Source: a virus
Virus record (IMG/VR): IMGVR_UViG_3300008113_000149
Location: 3,970-67,969 of that record
Reading direction: 5' to 3' (one strand)
Length of the DNA: 64,000 nt
In this document: positions 39,306 through 48,503 of the stretch, one piece after another
Layout of the letters: every line of letters begins with the position of its first letter
Position numbering within the stretch: the stretch's first letter is position 1
Translations under genes and position numbers: made by a program
The notes under the pieces: model-generated
The model's input: only the letters and a program-made list of their open reading frames with translations
Told to the model about the DNA's origin: nothing
Databases searched by the model: none

Positions 39306-39586
39306 TGACTGCTCCAAAGATAAAACCCAACGCGTTCCCGGTTTCATTTGATCAATTCAAGAAGAACCCAATTGCTGCTGTAGCATTTTGTATGCTAGTT
39401 GCTGTTTCATATTTGTACTACGATGTAAAGACTGGTTATTCAGCGCAGATTGAGAATGCTAATGCAAAGATCACAGCGTTGGAAATAAAGGTAGATAGGA
39501 TGAGTTCAGCATTAAAGAAATCTGACTCCGCCCTCGCTGCCGCCATTACTGAGTTGAGAATCATCAACACCGTCAAAAAGTTATGA
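39305..39586 (+). CDS. single-TM coiled-coil protein (possible lysis component)
   Basis: Hydrophobic PIAAVAFCMLVAVSYLYY followed by heptad repeats. Confidence 0.6.
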   Translation: MTAPKIKPNAFPVSFDQFKKNPIAAVAFCMLVAVSYLYYDVKTGYSAQIENANAKITALEIKVDRMSSALKKSDSALAAAITELRIINTVKKL

Positions 39587-40008
39587 AAAACATACTACTT
39601 ATATTCTGCGCCTTGTTTTTGATGGGAGAATTGATCTTCCCAGTAAAGGCATTGAACTCTCCGAACATCGATGAGATCGAAGAGATGTTAAAAAAGGTTG
39701 AGAACAACATGAAGATGGCTTCTCAAGTCGTGTCTGTCGCCAAAGAAAAAGGTGAAAAGTTGGTAGAAACCAAAGTAGAAGAGAAGGCAGAATTGAAAGA
39801 AGCCGTTCTTACTGCTGAGGCCAAGGTCGAAGTAATGGAAAAAAAGAACGAAGTTTTCATGCAGAGAATGGTAGAAGTTGGGTTAGATACCAGCACGGTA
39901 CCTGTTGAAGAGGCAAAGTTGGCAGGACCTGTCTATGACGAATGGTTACAGTACAGAAAGAACGGTGGGGAATCAGATTTTGAGTACTACCGTTTGTACA
40001 AGAAATAG
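39583..40008 (+). CDS. signal-peptide/TM coiled-coil protein
   Basis: MKNILLIFCALFLMGELIF N-terminus followed by an E/K-rich helix. Confidence 0.6.
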   Translation: MKNILLIFCALFLMGELIFPVKALNSPNIDEIEEMLKKVENNMKMASQVVSVAKEKGEKLVETKVEEKAELKEAVLTAEAKVEVMEKKNEVFMQRMVEVGLDTSTVPVEEAKLAGPVYDEWLQYRKNGGESDFEYYRLYKK

Positions 40009-40043
40009 TTTGAAAATTGAATTCAAAGTTATATTTTTGATAT

Positions 40044-40292
40044 ATGAAAAAATTAATTGGATTTATTAGCGGTATGTTTACCGATGAAAAAGGTAAACCA
40101 TCCTCTAAGAGATTCGTTGGAATCGTTGCTGGGTTGATGTTATGCGTCACCATGTATGAAAACTCATTTACTGAGGCTCACTTTGCTCCTGCTGAATCAT
40201 TGGTGAACGCTGTTGCTGCTTTGGCATTCGGTTGTTTGGGTTTGGCTAGTGCTGACAAATTCTTCGGAAAGAAGTCTGATGGCGAAGGATAA
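40044..40292 (+). CDS. holin-like two-TM protein
   Basis: SSKR followed by two hydrophobic helices and a charged C-terminus; own promoter (TTTG 40009, TATTTTTG 40032). Confidence 0.55.
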   Translation: MKKLIGFISGMFTDEKGKPSSKRFVGIVAGLMLCVTMYENSFTEAHFAPAESLVNAVAALAFGCLGLASADKFFGKKSDGEG

Positions 40293-40569
40293 TCCCATAC
40301 CAAAGACTACCAAAGGCAAAAGTGCCAATTACCTCCCCACTAAAAAGGGGGCGGGGATGACGGCTAAAGGCGTTGCTGCCTATAGAAAAGCAAATCCTGG
40401 CTCTAAATTAAAAACCGCAGTGACTGGCGAGGTAAAGGCAGGAAGTAAAGATGCAAAGAGACGCAAGTCTTTTTGTGCTCGTAGCGCAGGGCAAATGAAG
40501 ATGTTCCCCAAGGCGGCCTCAGATCCTAATTCAAGACTGAGACAGGCCCGTAAAAGATGGAAGTGCTAA
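40279..40569 (+). CDS. basic protein, DUF6321-like
   Basis: GMTAKGVAAYR..NPGSKLK...RRKSFCARS...RW.C; start moved to ATG 40279. Confidence 0.65.
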   Translation: MAKDNPIPKTTKGKSANYLPTKKGAGMTAKGVAAYRKANPGSKLKTAVTGEVKAGSKDAKRRKSFCARSAGQMKMFPKAASDPNSRLRQARKRWKC

Positions 40570-40673
40570 TGTTTAACTGCAATTTTGTACAACAGAAATT
40601 AATGGAGATGAATGCCAAGACTCCAAAACAAGGGGGCAAAATAAAGGTAAAGAAAAATAAACCAAAAAAATGA
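40569..40673 (+). CDS. 34-aa basic peptide (not in the ORF track)
   Basis: MFNCNFVQQKLMEMNAKTPKQGGKIKVKKNKPKK; start and stop overlap both neighbours. Confidence 0.5.
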   Translation: MFNCNFVQQKLMEMNAKTPKQGGKIKVKKNKPKK

Positions 40674-40960
40674 CGCCAAAAAAACCTATGGCAAAAAGCA
40701 CCAAGAAGGTGATGCCAGCAAAACCAGTTAAGTCGGGCAAAATGTCAACTGCCCCTAATAAAAAGATGAGTTCTAAGTACGGAACAGAAGGTACAGGAAC
40801 TGCCCCAAAAGGAACTCCTGTTTATAGTCGTTCTGCCCCCACCAAGTCTTATCAAGATAGTATGGCTGCCTATAACAAATACAAAGGTAAAGCAGCAGGT
40901 GCTGAAAATCTTAAACCCAAAGGTGCTCCAAAAACCTTTGTAAAAATGAAGAAATCATGA
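40670..40960 (+). CDS. Lys-rich basic protein
   Basis: K/P/A/M-rich; coupled to neighbours. Confidence 0.7.
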   Translation: MTPKKPMAKSTKKVMPAKPVKSGKMSTAPNKKMSSKYGTEGTGTAPKGTPVYSRSAPTKSYQDSMAAYNKYKGKAAGAENLKPKGAPKTFVKMKKS

Positions 40961-41259
40961 AACCCAAAAAACCCGTAGTCGGACCAGTTACAAAAAAGGT
41001 AGCCAAGAAGGTTGCTCCGAAAGTACCAATGACATCGGCAGGAACTGCTGAAGCAAAGGCCGCTAAGAAAAAATCAATGATGAAGACTGTTGGTACTGCT
41101 ATTGGCGTGGCGGGTGCTACTGTTGGATCAATGTTGGCAGATGCTAGATTTCAACGTGGTGCCGAAAGAATTCGAGGCAATAGAGCCAATGTAAAGGTTT
41201 CTCCTAAAGATGCCTGGAAAGCAGGTAAGAATCAAAAATCAACTAAGAAAAAACCATAA
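40957..41259 (+). CDS. Lys-rich basic protein
   Basis: K/A-rich with a central GTAIGVAGATVG segment. Confidence 0.7.
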   Translation: MKPKKPVVGPVTKKVAKKVAPKVPMTSAGTAEAKAAKKKSMMKTVGTAIGVAGATVGSMLADARFQRGAERIRGNRANVKVSPKDAWKAGKNQKSTKKKP

Positions 41260-41261
41260 TC

Positions 41262-41780
41262 ATGCCAAACATTAAGGAGAAAGTACGTGCCGTAAAAACC
41301 AAAACCAAAGCGGTTGTTGGTGCCAAAGTTAAAAAGGTTGGTACACTTGCTAAACAAGAGGCTCGTGGTGCTAGTGTAAACGCTCGTCAGAGGGTTGCTG
41401 ATATGCAAGACGACAACACTCTTGGATATGTAAAGCGTCAAGGTCGTGTTAGCGCAAGACGTGCTGAGCGTGTTAAGCGTTCTTATGAAAGAAATATAAG
41501 CAGTCCTACTGCTCCCAAATACAAAGGAGAGAACTTGCCAGGAAGCAAAAGAAAAGCTATTCGTACAATCAACGAAAGTCTTAATACGAAATTGCAGGGT
41601 AGAGAGCGTAAGAAATTGGCTAAGGCATATTATGCTGATTTGAAATCAAAACCAAAGACAATGGAAGAGATGCGCAAACAGAACAAAAAGAAATCTAAAC
41701 AAGCATCTAAGTGTATTCCTGGAGGAAAAGGAAATAACTTGTGTTTGCCACAAGGTCGTAACAATGAAGGAGGATTTTAA
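41262..41780 (+). CDS. Lys/Arg-rich basic protein
   Basis: 172 aa, strongly basic. Confidence 0.7.
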   Translation: MPNIKEKVRAVKTKTKAVVGAKVKKVGTLAKQEARGASVNARQRVADMQDDNTLGYVKRQGRVSARRAERVKRSYERNISSPTAPKYKGENLPGSKRKAIRTINESLNTKLQGRERKKLAKAYYADLKSKPKTMEEMRKQNKKKSKQASKCIPGGKGNNLCLPQGRNNEGGF

Positions 41781-41783
41781 GAA

Positions 41784-41951
41784 ATGAAAAAACCAGTAAA
41801 AAAAGCCGTAGGTAAGAAGATTTCTGAATATGGAGGTATGGAAAAGTACACTTCTAAAAAGGCTGAGATGAAGCATGAAAAGAAAGAGGGTAAGAAGGTT
41901 GAAGCCAAAGAGAAAATGATGTATTCTAACTTGAAAAAGAAGAAAAAGTAA
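41784..41951 (+). CDS. 55-aa basic protein (not in the ORF track)
   Basis: MKKPVKKAVGKKISEYGGMEKYTSKKAEMKHEKKEGKKVEAKEK...; fills the gap, stop overlaps the next ATG. Confidence 0.7.
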   Translation: MKKPVKKAVGKKISEYGGMEKYTSKKAEMKHEKKEGKKVEAKEKMMYSNLKKKKK

Positions 41952-42163
41952 TGGCATACGGCACTAAAAAGCAAAGATCAACTATCGTTAAGAAGGCGGT
42001 TGCTGGTAAAGACTTAGGAAAGAAAGGTAAAGAATTCAAACCTATGGCTCAAGCAGTCGCTAAATCTTACGAGAAAAAGGGGATGTCTTCCGCTAAAGCC
42101 GAAGCAATTGGTAAGGCAACTGCGGCCAAAACCATGTGGAAAAAACTCACTAAGAAAAAGTAA
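41951..42163 (+). CDS. Lys-rich basic protein
   Basis: KKAVAGKDLGKKGK.F...AKTMWK. Confidence 0.7.
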   Translation: MAYGTKKQRSTIVKKAVAGKDLGKKGKEFKPMAQAVAKSYEKKGMSSAKAEAIGKATAAKTMWKKLTKKK

Positions 42164-42315
42164 TGGCTGGCAAGGCAAAAGTAAAAACTTCCAAAGAAAT
42201 TGCTAAGTGGAAACCAAAAGCAAAGGTTCGCCGCCCGGGTGTGGTTTCTAAAAAGAAGAACAGCAAACTCAAGTCAAGTAAAAATTATCGTAAGGCTTAC
42301 AAAGGTCAAGGATGA
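42163..42315 (+). CDS. 50-aa basic protein (not in the ORF track)
   Basis: MAGKAKV...SSKNYRKAYKGQG; coupled on both sides. Confidence 0.7.
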   Translation: MAGKAKVKTSKEIAKWKPKAKVRRPGVVSKKKNSKLKSSKNYRKAYKGQG

Positions 42316-42656
42316 AAGACGCTTGCTACACTAAAGTCAAAGCAAAATATGCTGTATTCCCTTCTGCAAGGGCATCTCAAGCAATTGCCAAGTGTAGAAA
42401 ATCATCTGGTACAGTACGAAAAACAAAGGCTGGTTCAGATTTAAAAAGATGGGGAGCAGAAAAATGGGTAGATACTAAAAGTGGCAAAGCCTGTGGAGCA
42501 GGTGGATCTAATGAGTATTGCCGCCCATCAAAAAGAGTATCATCAAAAACACCAGTTACAAAGTCTGAATTAAGCCCATCAAAACTCGCGGCAAAGAAAG
42601 CCGAGAAATCGAGAGTTGGAATGGGTAAAAGAGTTACAAACGTAAAAAGAAAATGA
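42312..42656 (+). CDS. basic protein, DUF5872-like
   Basis: DACY.KVK..Y.VFPSA.AS...KCR...LKRW..EKWVD...YCRPSKRVSSKTP. Confidence 0.65.
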   Translation: MKDACYTKVKAKYAVFPSARASQAIAKCRKSSGTVRKTKAGSDLKRWGAEKWVDTKSGKACGAGGSNEYCRPSKRVSSKTPVTKSELSPSKLAAKKAEKSRVGMGKRVTNVKRK

Positions 42657-42742
42657 CGGAAGGTTTTTTATTCGGGGTAATATTCTGTATCTTTTTGTGG
42701 CTTATGGGGTATGCTGTTGCTAGTTATAGACACAAATCATGA
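42653..42742 (+). CDS. 29-aa single-TM peptide (not in the ORF track)
   Basis: MTEGFLFGVIFCIFLWLMGYAVASYRHKS; ATGA overlaps at both ends. Confidence 0.5.
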   Translation: MTEGFLFGVIFCIFLWLMGYAVASYRHKS

Positions 42743-43050
42743 AATTTATCACGCCAATTTTACTAGTGATTCTGATCGCTTTGCTGGGGTATCAGACTTT
42801 TGTAAAGGAAGAACCAGACACCAAGAGTGAAATACTACACTTCTTGGATTCAATTGAAAAGCACAACGAAGTCGTATTCAGCAAAATAGATTCGCTAGAC
42901 CGACTGAAGCACGAGGAATACAAAGTCTACGAACAACTCAATTTAAAATATGACACGATTCAAATTGCTATTGACACTATGCCTGACATTGATGGCACAA
43001 AATATCTACTCACAATCAGTAGACAGCTTACCGCTAAAGGAGTTGAATAA
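42739..43050 (+). CDS. N-terminal TM coiled-coil protein, spanin-like
   Basis: TM helix followed by heptads; overlaps the next gene by ~100 nt. Confidence 0.5.
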   Translation: MKFITPILLVILIALLGYQTFVKEEPDTKSEILHFLDSIEKHNEVVFSKIDSLDRLKHEEYKVYEQLNLKYDTIQIAIDTMPDIDGTKYLLTISRQLTAKGVE

Positions 43051-43300
43051 TGAATTCCTCAAAGGAATAAAGGCCCGGGAGCGTGTGGTAACTCTGAAGA
43101 CCATCATTCAGTTGGACAGCCAGCAACTGAGTTTGTACAAAGATACCATTGTTCCCAATTACAAAAAGGCATTGGATACCTGTAAGTATGAGATCGTTCG
43201 TTTGAACGGAGTCATTGATCGTAAGGACCAAGCCATGAAGTTTTACAAGTACGGGTTTATTGGAACCACTGTACTTTTTATTTTAAAATTAATTATTTGA
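42950..43300 (+). CDS. signal-peptide + C-terminal TM protein, spanin-partner-like
   Basis: Signal-like N-terminus, coiled coil, C-terminal GFIGTTVLFILKLII; Rz/Rz1-like overlap with the previous gene. Confidence 0.5.
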   Translation: MTRFKLLLTLCLTLMAQNIYSQSVDSLPLKELNNEFLKGIKARERVVTLKTIIQLDSQQLSLYKDTIVPNYKKALDTCKYEIVRLNGVIDRKDQAMKFYKYGFIGTTVLFILKLII

Positions 43301-43301
43301 C

Positions 43302-43529
43302 ATGAGTTTTGAGACAAAAGTAAATCCCAGTTATTACAAAAATGGGAAGGTAGAATGCATTGATGCGATTGAAGCAGCGACAATTAACAAATCTGGGCTA
43401 GAAGCCTATTGCACGGGCAATATTATTAAGTATCTTTGGAGATGCGAGGAAAAGAATGGTTTAGAAGACATTGCTAAAGCCAAGTGGTATTTGGATAAAC
43501 TATATGATCACATGAATAAAAATGAATAA
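43302..43529 (+). CDS. DUF3310 family protein (T7 gp1.7-like nucleotide kinase domain)
   Basis: VNPSYY..G.VECIDAI...GNIIKYLWR...KNGLEDIAKAKWYL. Confidence 0.85.
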   Translation: MSFETKVNPSYYKNGKVECIDAIEAATINKSGLEAYCTGNIIKYLWRCEEKNGLEDIAKAKWYLDKLYDHMNKNE

Positions 43530-43710
43530 CTTAGAATCACTATTTAAAAAACTAGAGGAATTGGTGGCTTGGAACGATTACTATCACCAGCAACACAACC
43601 CAATTGAGGCCAACAAAGTTCAAAAAGAAATTGAACAATTAAAGAAAACAATTACAGAAATAAAAAATGGACAAACTAAAAGCGTTTCTCAAAAAGGTCA
43701 ACATAACTGA
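43522..43710 (+). CDS. small coiled-coil hypothetical protein
   Basis: 62-aa ORF overlapping both neighbours. Confidence 0.5.
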   Translation: MNNLESLFKKLEELVAWNDYYHQQHNPIEANKVQKEIEQLKKTITEIKNGQTKSVSQKGQHN

Positions 43711-43987
43711 GGAAGAAGCGATTGATCGCCTTCAAGTTCAGATGTTTGATCCAGCCAAAGATTTCTATGGAACTTTGGTATCGGCATCTCGTCAGTTGAT
43801 GGATGCTGTCAAAAGCAAAGAAATTGATTTAGATGACCCTTACTACAAGGCTTTGTTCCAGTTGCTACAGGCAGGGGATAAAATCAATAAGAGTCTGAAA
43901 CTCGCCCAATTAGAGGCGTACCCGAGCGAAGAAGTAGTCGATAGTGAAGTATCATTTATCGATCGCATGGCAGGTAAGAAAAAATAA
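43667..43987 (+). CDS. possible terminase small subunit
   Basis: Helical 106-aa protein coupled directly upstream of terL; positional inference only. Confidence 0.4.
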   Translation: MDKLKAFLKKVNITEEEAIDRLQVQMFDPAKDFYGTLVSASRQLMDAVKSKEIDLDDPYYKALFQLLQAGDKINKSLKLAQLEAYPSEEVVDSEVSFIDRMAGKKK

Positions 43988-45825
43988 TGGAGATCCTAAC
44001 TAAGCAGAAGAGTTCGAAGTTCGTCTACGAGGATTGGGCGGCTAAACATTTGATTAGCCCACATGCTACTCGAAAAGAAAAGGACATCTGGTGGAACACC
44101 GAGATGGAATTCTGGCGTACTGGTAGGTTTGGATTGACAGGTGCTCAGTACTTTTTTCTGAGTCAGGCTACAATCAAGGAAGCCACGGGTCTCAGAATCA
44201 AACCTATCTGGCGTGACTTGGACGATTTGATTTACCAATCTTACGACGAAGCCCGAAATACATACTGGGATTTGATGGTTACCAAACGACGTGAGGCAGG
44301 TTTGTCTTTGACTTTTGGTGGGGTGATCCCTGTATGGATATCACTGACCAATCCCGGGTCAACTTCTCTGCTAACATCCGCGGATAAAACGCGACTCGAG
44401 GAAATGTTTAAAGACAAGACTCGTGTAATCTATGATGGCTTGGATGATTACATCCGCCCTTCGGTTATTAGTACACGTCAGAGTGGTTATTTGCACATGG
44501 GGCAGTTAGATCAAAAGACAGGAGCAATCTCTGGTCTAGACTCAAAGATTATTACTCGTGACACAGTTGACAGCCCACAGTCATTGGAAGCGTTTCGTGC
44601 GATGCACATCTTTTTGGATGAGTTCTTTCTTCACCCAAAGGCAGACGTAGTGTATCGTTCGGCACAGGCGTCAACAAAGAAAGGATTTATGAAAGTGGCT
44701 CCTATTGTTATGGGAGGAAGTGCCGGGGAATCTTCGGTGATAGGTCAGAAGAAAGGAGCAGAACTTTGGCGGAATGCGGAAACTATTAAGATGCTCACAG
44801 TTTTCTTACCTGGATGGATGGGTATTACAGCGGCCCCAGAAATCGATTCAAAGGGTAAAGAAACAGGAAAGATAATTAACTTCTGTCCTAATGGATGGAG
44901 TGATGAAAAGATTGCTACGGAGTGGATTCTGAGAACCCGAGACAATTTAAATAAACTTGAGGATAAGAGTTTCTTGGATTCGTTCATCAAGCAGTATCCA
45001 TTGGATATCCAAGAAGTATTTAGTGCCAATGCCAAGGGTGCTTTGCCTGCTGACGTGATGGCTAAACTTAACGAGCAGGAAAGAATTATTCTAGGAAGTC
45101 CCCCGCCAATTGAAAAGTGTAATCTATCGCGCGATGTAAACGAAAAGTTGCAGGTCACTCCGATTCAGAATGGCAAGATTTTGATTTTAGAGCGTTACAA
45201 TCCGCTTCACAAATACATCTGTGGCATGGACCCGATTCCATTCGTTTCATCGAAGTTGAATGATGGGTCGGACAATTGCATTGTGGTTAAGAATATAGAC
45301 ACCAATCGATATGTAGCATTCTACAAAGAGCGCGCGCTGGACCCAGATATCATCATGCACAATAACATTTTACTTCAAGATTATTATGGTAAGGCAAAAG
45401 TGATGATTGAAGTCAACCGGGGAGGGGTAATTCTAGATCACTACAAACAGCGTAATAGACTCGATCTTTTGGCTCCTAGACCATCACTACTGGGAAAGGT
45501 TTTTATTAGCGGAGAGCGAACCTTTGGTTGGTATAAGAACGACCATACGGGGGAGAGAGCCAACTCTTATATTATTGATTACTTCAGAAAGTACTGGGAC
45601 TCAGTTTACTTCATGGATATTATTGAAGAGGCCAAACTTTACCTTGTAGATAACACGGATATCGTGGATGCAATGGTCTCCGCAGAAATCTATCACCGCC
45701 AGATCATTGAAAAAGGTAAACGGGATACTGGACCAGAGTTAGAGGTCAAGAAAATCCCGTTCATAGAAATGGTAGACGGCCGGGCGGTCAGAGTATGGAA
45801 AGAGATTCGTGTGGAACGACAGTAG
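43987..45825 (+). CDS. terL: terminase large subunit
   Basis: Walker A VTKRREAGLS, Walker B IFLDEF, coupling motif MGGSAG, nuclease ICGMDP...IEVNRG...DIVDA. Confidence 0.9.
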   Translation: MEILTKQKSSKFVYEDWAAKHLISPHATRKEKDIWWNTEMEFWRTGRFGLTGAQYFFLSQATIKEATGLRIKPIWRDLDDLIYQSYDEARNTYWDLMVTKRREAGLSLTFGGVIPVWISLTNPGSTSLLTSADKTRLEEMFKDKTRVIYDGLDDYIRPSVISTRQSGYLHMGQLDQKTGAISGLDSKIITRDTVDSPQSLEAFRAMHIFLDEFFLHPKADVVYRSAQASTKKGFMKVAPIVMGGSAGESSVIGQKKGAELWRNAETIKMLTVFLPGWMGITAAPEIDSKGKETGKIINFCPNGWSDEKIATEWILRTRDNLNKLEDKSFLDSFIKQYPLDIQEVFSANAKGALPADVMAKLNEQERIILGSPPPIEKCNLSRDVNEKLQVTPIQNGKILILERYNPLHKYICGMDPIPFVSSKLNDGSDNCIVVKNIDTNRYVAFYKERALDPDIIMHNNILLQDYYGKAKVMIEVNRGGVILDHYKQRNRLDLLAPRPSLLGKVFISGERTFGWYKNDHTGERANSYIIDYFRKYWDSVYFMDIIEEAKLYLVDNTDIVDAMVSAEIYHRQIIEKGKRDTGPELEVKKIPFIEMVDGRAVRVWKEIRVERQ

Positions 45826-46303
45826 TCATAATTTCCTCTTTTAACCTTCCGTAAACTTTAGCATATTGTTTTGAGGAGTGCATGAAATTTTCATGCTGGT
45901 TACAAGAGTGAATCACTGTGCTATGGTCCTTTCTAAATATTGTTCCAATCTTTTCGTAGGTGTAGTGTAATTCGCGCCGCATATAATACATTACATGTCT
46001 TCGGCAATCAACGAACTCCCCTTTTCTGGTGTTGCCGCAAAAATCCATGATGGTGATACTATGAATAATGCACGCACAATCGATGATCTGTTTGTCCAGA
46101 GTCTTTAAAACATTGTAGGTGATGACCATGCTAGGTCGCTTCGCTTTACCAGTGATGGGGTTTAACGTACGGTTTTTGTACTTTAGATACAAATGATTTT
46201 TATTAATCGCGCGAACGATGCGGTTTGTTTCTAAGGAGTCTAGGTCAAGTTGTTTGACCACTAATTCCAATATTTCAGCGGTAAATTCTGCTACAGTAGG
46301 CAT
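45788..46303 (-). CDS. protein with a DnaA C-terminal-like HTH domain
   Basis: R..VMYYMR.....TYEKIGTIFRKDHSTVIHS. Confidence 0.8.
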   Translation of the reverse strand: MPTVAEFTAEILELVVKQLDLDSLETNRIVRAINKNHLYLKYKNRTLNPITGKAKRPSMVITYNVLKTLDKQIIDCACIIHSITIMDFCGNTRKGEFVDCRRHVMYYMRRELHYTYEKIGTIFRKDHSTVIHSCNQHENFMHSSKQYAKVYGRLKEEIMTTVVPHESLSIL

Positions 46304-48154
46304 TTAAAATAAGGTTAATTGTTTGGGTTCGACTTCATCGATAATTTTGTAACACTCCCGAAAGTAAAATTCGTAATGCAGATTGTAATCTTCAAACTTA
46401 GGTACGCTAAAGTACCGATTGAACAAGACAGTTTTTTGATTGGCTAGTAAATGGTGTACTCGTCCATCTTCGCACACTTTGAAGGATGTGCCTCCGTCTT
46501 TCGTTGTCGAGTAAAACCGAAGAACTTTGCCGTGATTCTCCGTAATAACTGTGTTTTCCTTCGAGTAGTTGTACTCGGCATGCCAGCCTTTAGTCGCTTT
46601 ATATCTTCCACAAAAATCATATATGTTGGTGTTTTCTTTTACTGTTTTTTCTATTGGGATGTTTTCTAAAAAGTATTTTTCTAATGCTTTGGGTACTACT
46701 AAGAATGAATTGTCTTTGTGAAAGTCTTTTACGGTTTCAAATATACCTTTTCGTTTGATTTCTTCCTTCATGGAAACCGCTAAATAATTATTTACGTTGA
46801 AAATAACCATCTTTTTGTAGTCACTGCTTTCTAAAATTAAGCCAGTCAGTTTCATAAATCTAGTATTGATGGCTTCCAGAATCTTTACGCTGGATCTATT
46901 GCATCGTATGGTGATACCATCGGTGTTGATCTGTAAGATTTCAATGTCTGGCACCCCATCCGCATACCACTCGGCCAGCATCGCCAGAGTCAACTGCCCA
47001 TTCAAGGTGATGCTGTAGAAGTAGTACCTGTCAAAAAAGGCACTCGTTGACTCCCCTGTCTTACCAAACACCCCGTTCAAACTGAGTTTAAACCCAGCAT
47101 CCTTTACTTTGTCCTTGGCCTTTTGGGCCTCGACCCTCTCATCAAACAACTTGCGATACACATTGATGAATACATCTTTGGGGATGTGCTTAGGGTGAAG
47201 TCCATTTTGAATGGCAAGGTTGGGGTAATAGGATTTCACATCGTAGTCAATGATGATTTTTTCATCGTCAGAATCATAGACCCCGGGCGTTATGCATCCG
47301 TGTATCCCGCCTACTCCGAAGTCGTATCTGAAGCCCCGGTATGTCACGTTGTACTTTAATTTGTTGGTATCGTTGACCACCGTCCACCGAACTTTTTTAA
47401 GGAGTTCGTTAAATTCATCGCTATTGAATTTGATGTAGGGCAAAATGCATCTGTTCAAATCAATTTCCTTGTCGAACTTAATTTGTGATTTTAGTTCGTT
47501 GCGACTCAGCCCACTTTCTTTCTTGATATACTGTAGAAATATCTCCTCCCCGATGGTGATGTCTGGAAAGTTGATCATGTTCTTTTTGTAAACCCTGCTT
47601 AACTCTTTACGGAACTCAATCTTGTCAAGGTTTACTTCGTAGAATGCTTTGGTAGAGAGTACGTCGTTGCGGTTGTACTTAATTACCTCCTCGATTAGAT
47701 CATCGGGGACAGGCTCATTAAATTTCAAAGGCATGTCTTGTACATTCTCCCAGTAAATACTACATTGTAGGGCTTTCAGTGAAGTACTACGAGCCTTGTT
47801 GTTGTAGTGATTGATGAGGAACAGGTCAATTTCATACTTTCCTTGGAACTTTTCCTTCTTTTCGTTTTGAATGTATAGTTGAACTTGATTGTAAAGCGAG
47901 TTGAGTATTTGCTGGGGGCTCAGTTTCTGAAATAACGAGTAATTATTCATCACCATTTCAAGTACCGGGGCATCAAAGTACAAGTTATTAAAGCCAATTC
48001 GCAGTTTCGGTAGACAGTTGTAGTGAATCATCGCCTCTAAATCGTTGCGAGATTCGTGAATCACGAAGAGTTTTTCTTCTCCTGTTTCAATATCAACATC
48101 AAGATAAGAAAAGAAGTTTGGGAATATTTCTATATCATAGACTACTGTCTTCAT
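46304..48154 (-). CDS. polB: family B DNA polymerase (crAss-type)
   Basis: Exo I YDIE, Exo II GFNNLYFD, Exo III YNRNDV; motif A DYDVKSYYP, motif B KLSLNGVFGK, motif C QINTDG. Confidence 0.92.
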   Translation of the reverse strand: MKTVVYDIEIFPNFFSYLDVDIETGEEKLFVIHESRNDLEAMIHYNCLPKLRIGFNNLYFDAPVLEMVMNNYSLFQKLSPQQILNSLYNQVQLYIQNEKKEKFQGKYEIDLFLINHYNNKARSTSLKALQCSIYWENVQDMPLKFNEPVPDDLIEEVIKYNRNDVLSTKAFYEVNLDKIEFRKELSRVYKKNMINFPDITIGEEIFLQYIKKESGLSRNELKSQIKFDKEIDLNRCILPYIKFNSDEFNELLKKVRWTVVNDTNKLKYNVTYRGFRYDFGVGGIHGCITPGVYDSDDEKIIIDYDVKSYYPNLAIQNGLHPKHIPKDVFINVYRKLFDERVEAQKAKDKVKDAGFKLSLNGVFGKTGESTSAFFDRYYFYSITLNGQLTLAMLAEWYADGVPDIEILQINTDGITIRCNRSSVKILEAINTRFMKLTGLILESSDYKKMVIFNVNNYLAVSMKEEIKRKGIFETVKDFHKDNSFLVVPKALEKYFLENIPIEKTVKENTNIYDFCGRYKATKGWHAEYNYSKENTVITENHGKVLRFYSTTKDGGTSFKVCEDGRVHHLLANQKTVLFNRYFSVPKFEDYNLHYEFYFRECYKIIDEVEPKQLTLF

Positions 48155-48503
48155 CTTTCATTTTGATTAAGTAATCGAAGAAATACATGCCATTCTCTAT
48201 CAGATAGTAACTGTGGACATTGTGAGATCGCCTCCAGTTACGGCTATAAATTAAAAATTTGCAATCATTCATTGTCAGAATGAAGTGGTTGGGATGCAGA
48301 GAGCATTCCATATTCCTAAGGGCTTTTGCCGCGCTCTGCATACGGATGTAAGTATTGGGGTTGACATTGATATATTCAACTTCCATTTTCTTTCTAGAAA
48401 TGAATCTCAGAGAACTCAGCAAAGAGGTTGTTGGTGTCATTGTAGTCGATTTCGTTAGTCCATATTTCAGTTTGTTCCTTGTATCTACCGCTAGGTAAAT
48501 CAA
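48135..48503 (-). CDS. hypothetical protein (true start probably near 48390)
   Basis: Fills the gap between helicase and polymerase; the 5' part overlaps the helicase gene. Confidence 0.5.
   Translation of the reverse strand: MIYLAVDTRNKLKYGLTKSTTMTPTTSLLSSLRFISRKKMEVEYINVNPNTYIRMQSAAKALRNMECSLHPNHFILTMNDCKFLIYSRNWRRSHNVHSYYLIENGMYFFDYLIKMKDEDSSL

Noticed and set aside
1414-45158. Numerous minus-strand ORFs inside late genes, and plus-strand ORFs inside the early/replication genes
   Set aside because: These are antisense shadows of codon-biased genes, with no motifs or start context.
1075-45825. Stop-codon reassignment (TAG or TGA), as in some crAss-like phages
   Set aside because: Long genes are intact under the standard code, and TAA, TAG and TGA all end genes. 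The one break (33279) is a frameshift, not read-through.
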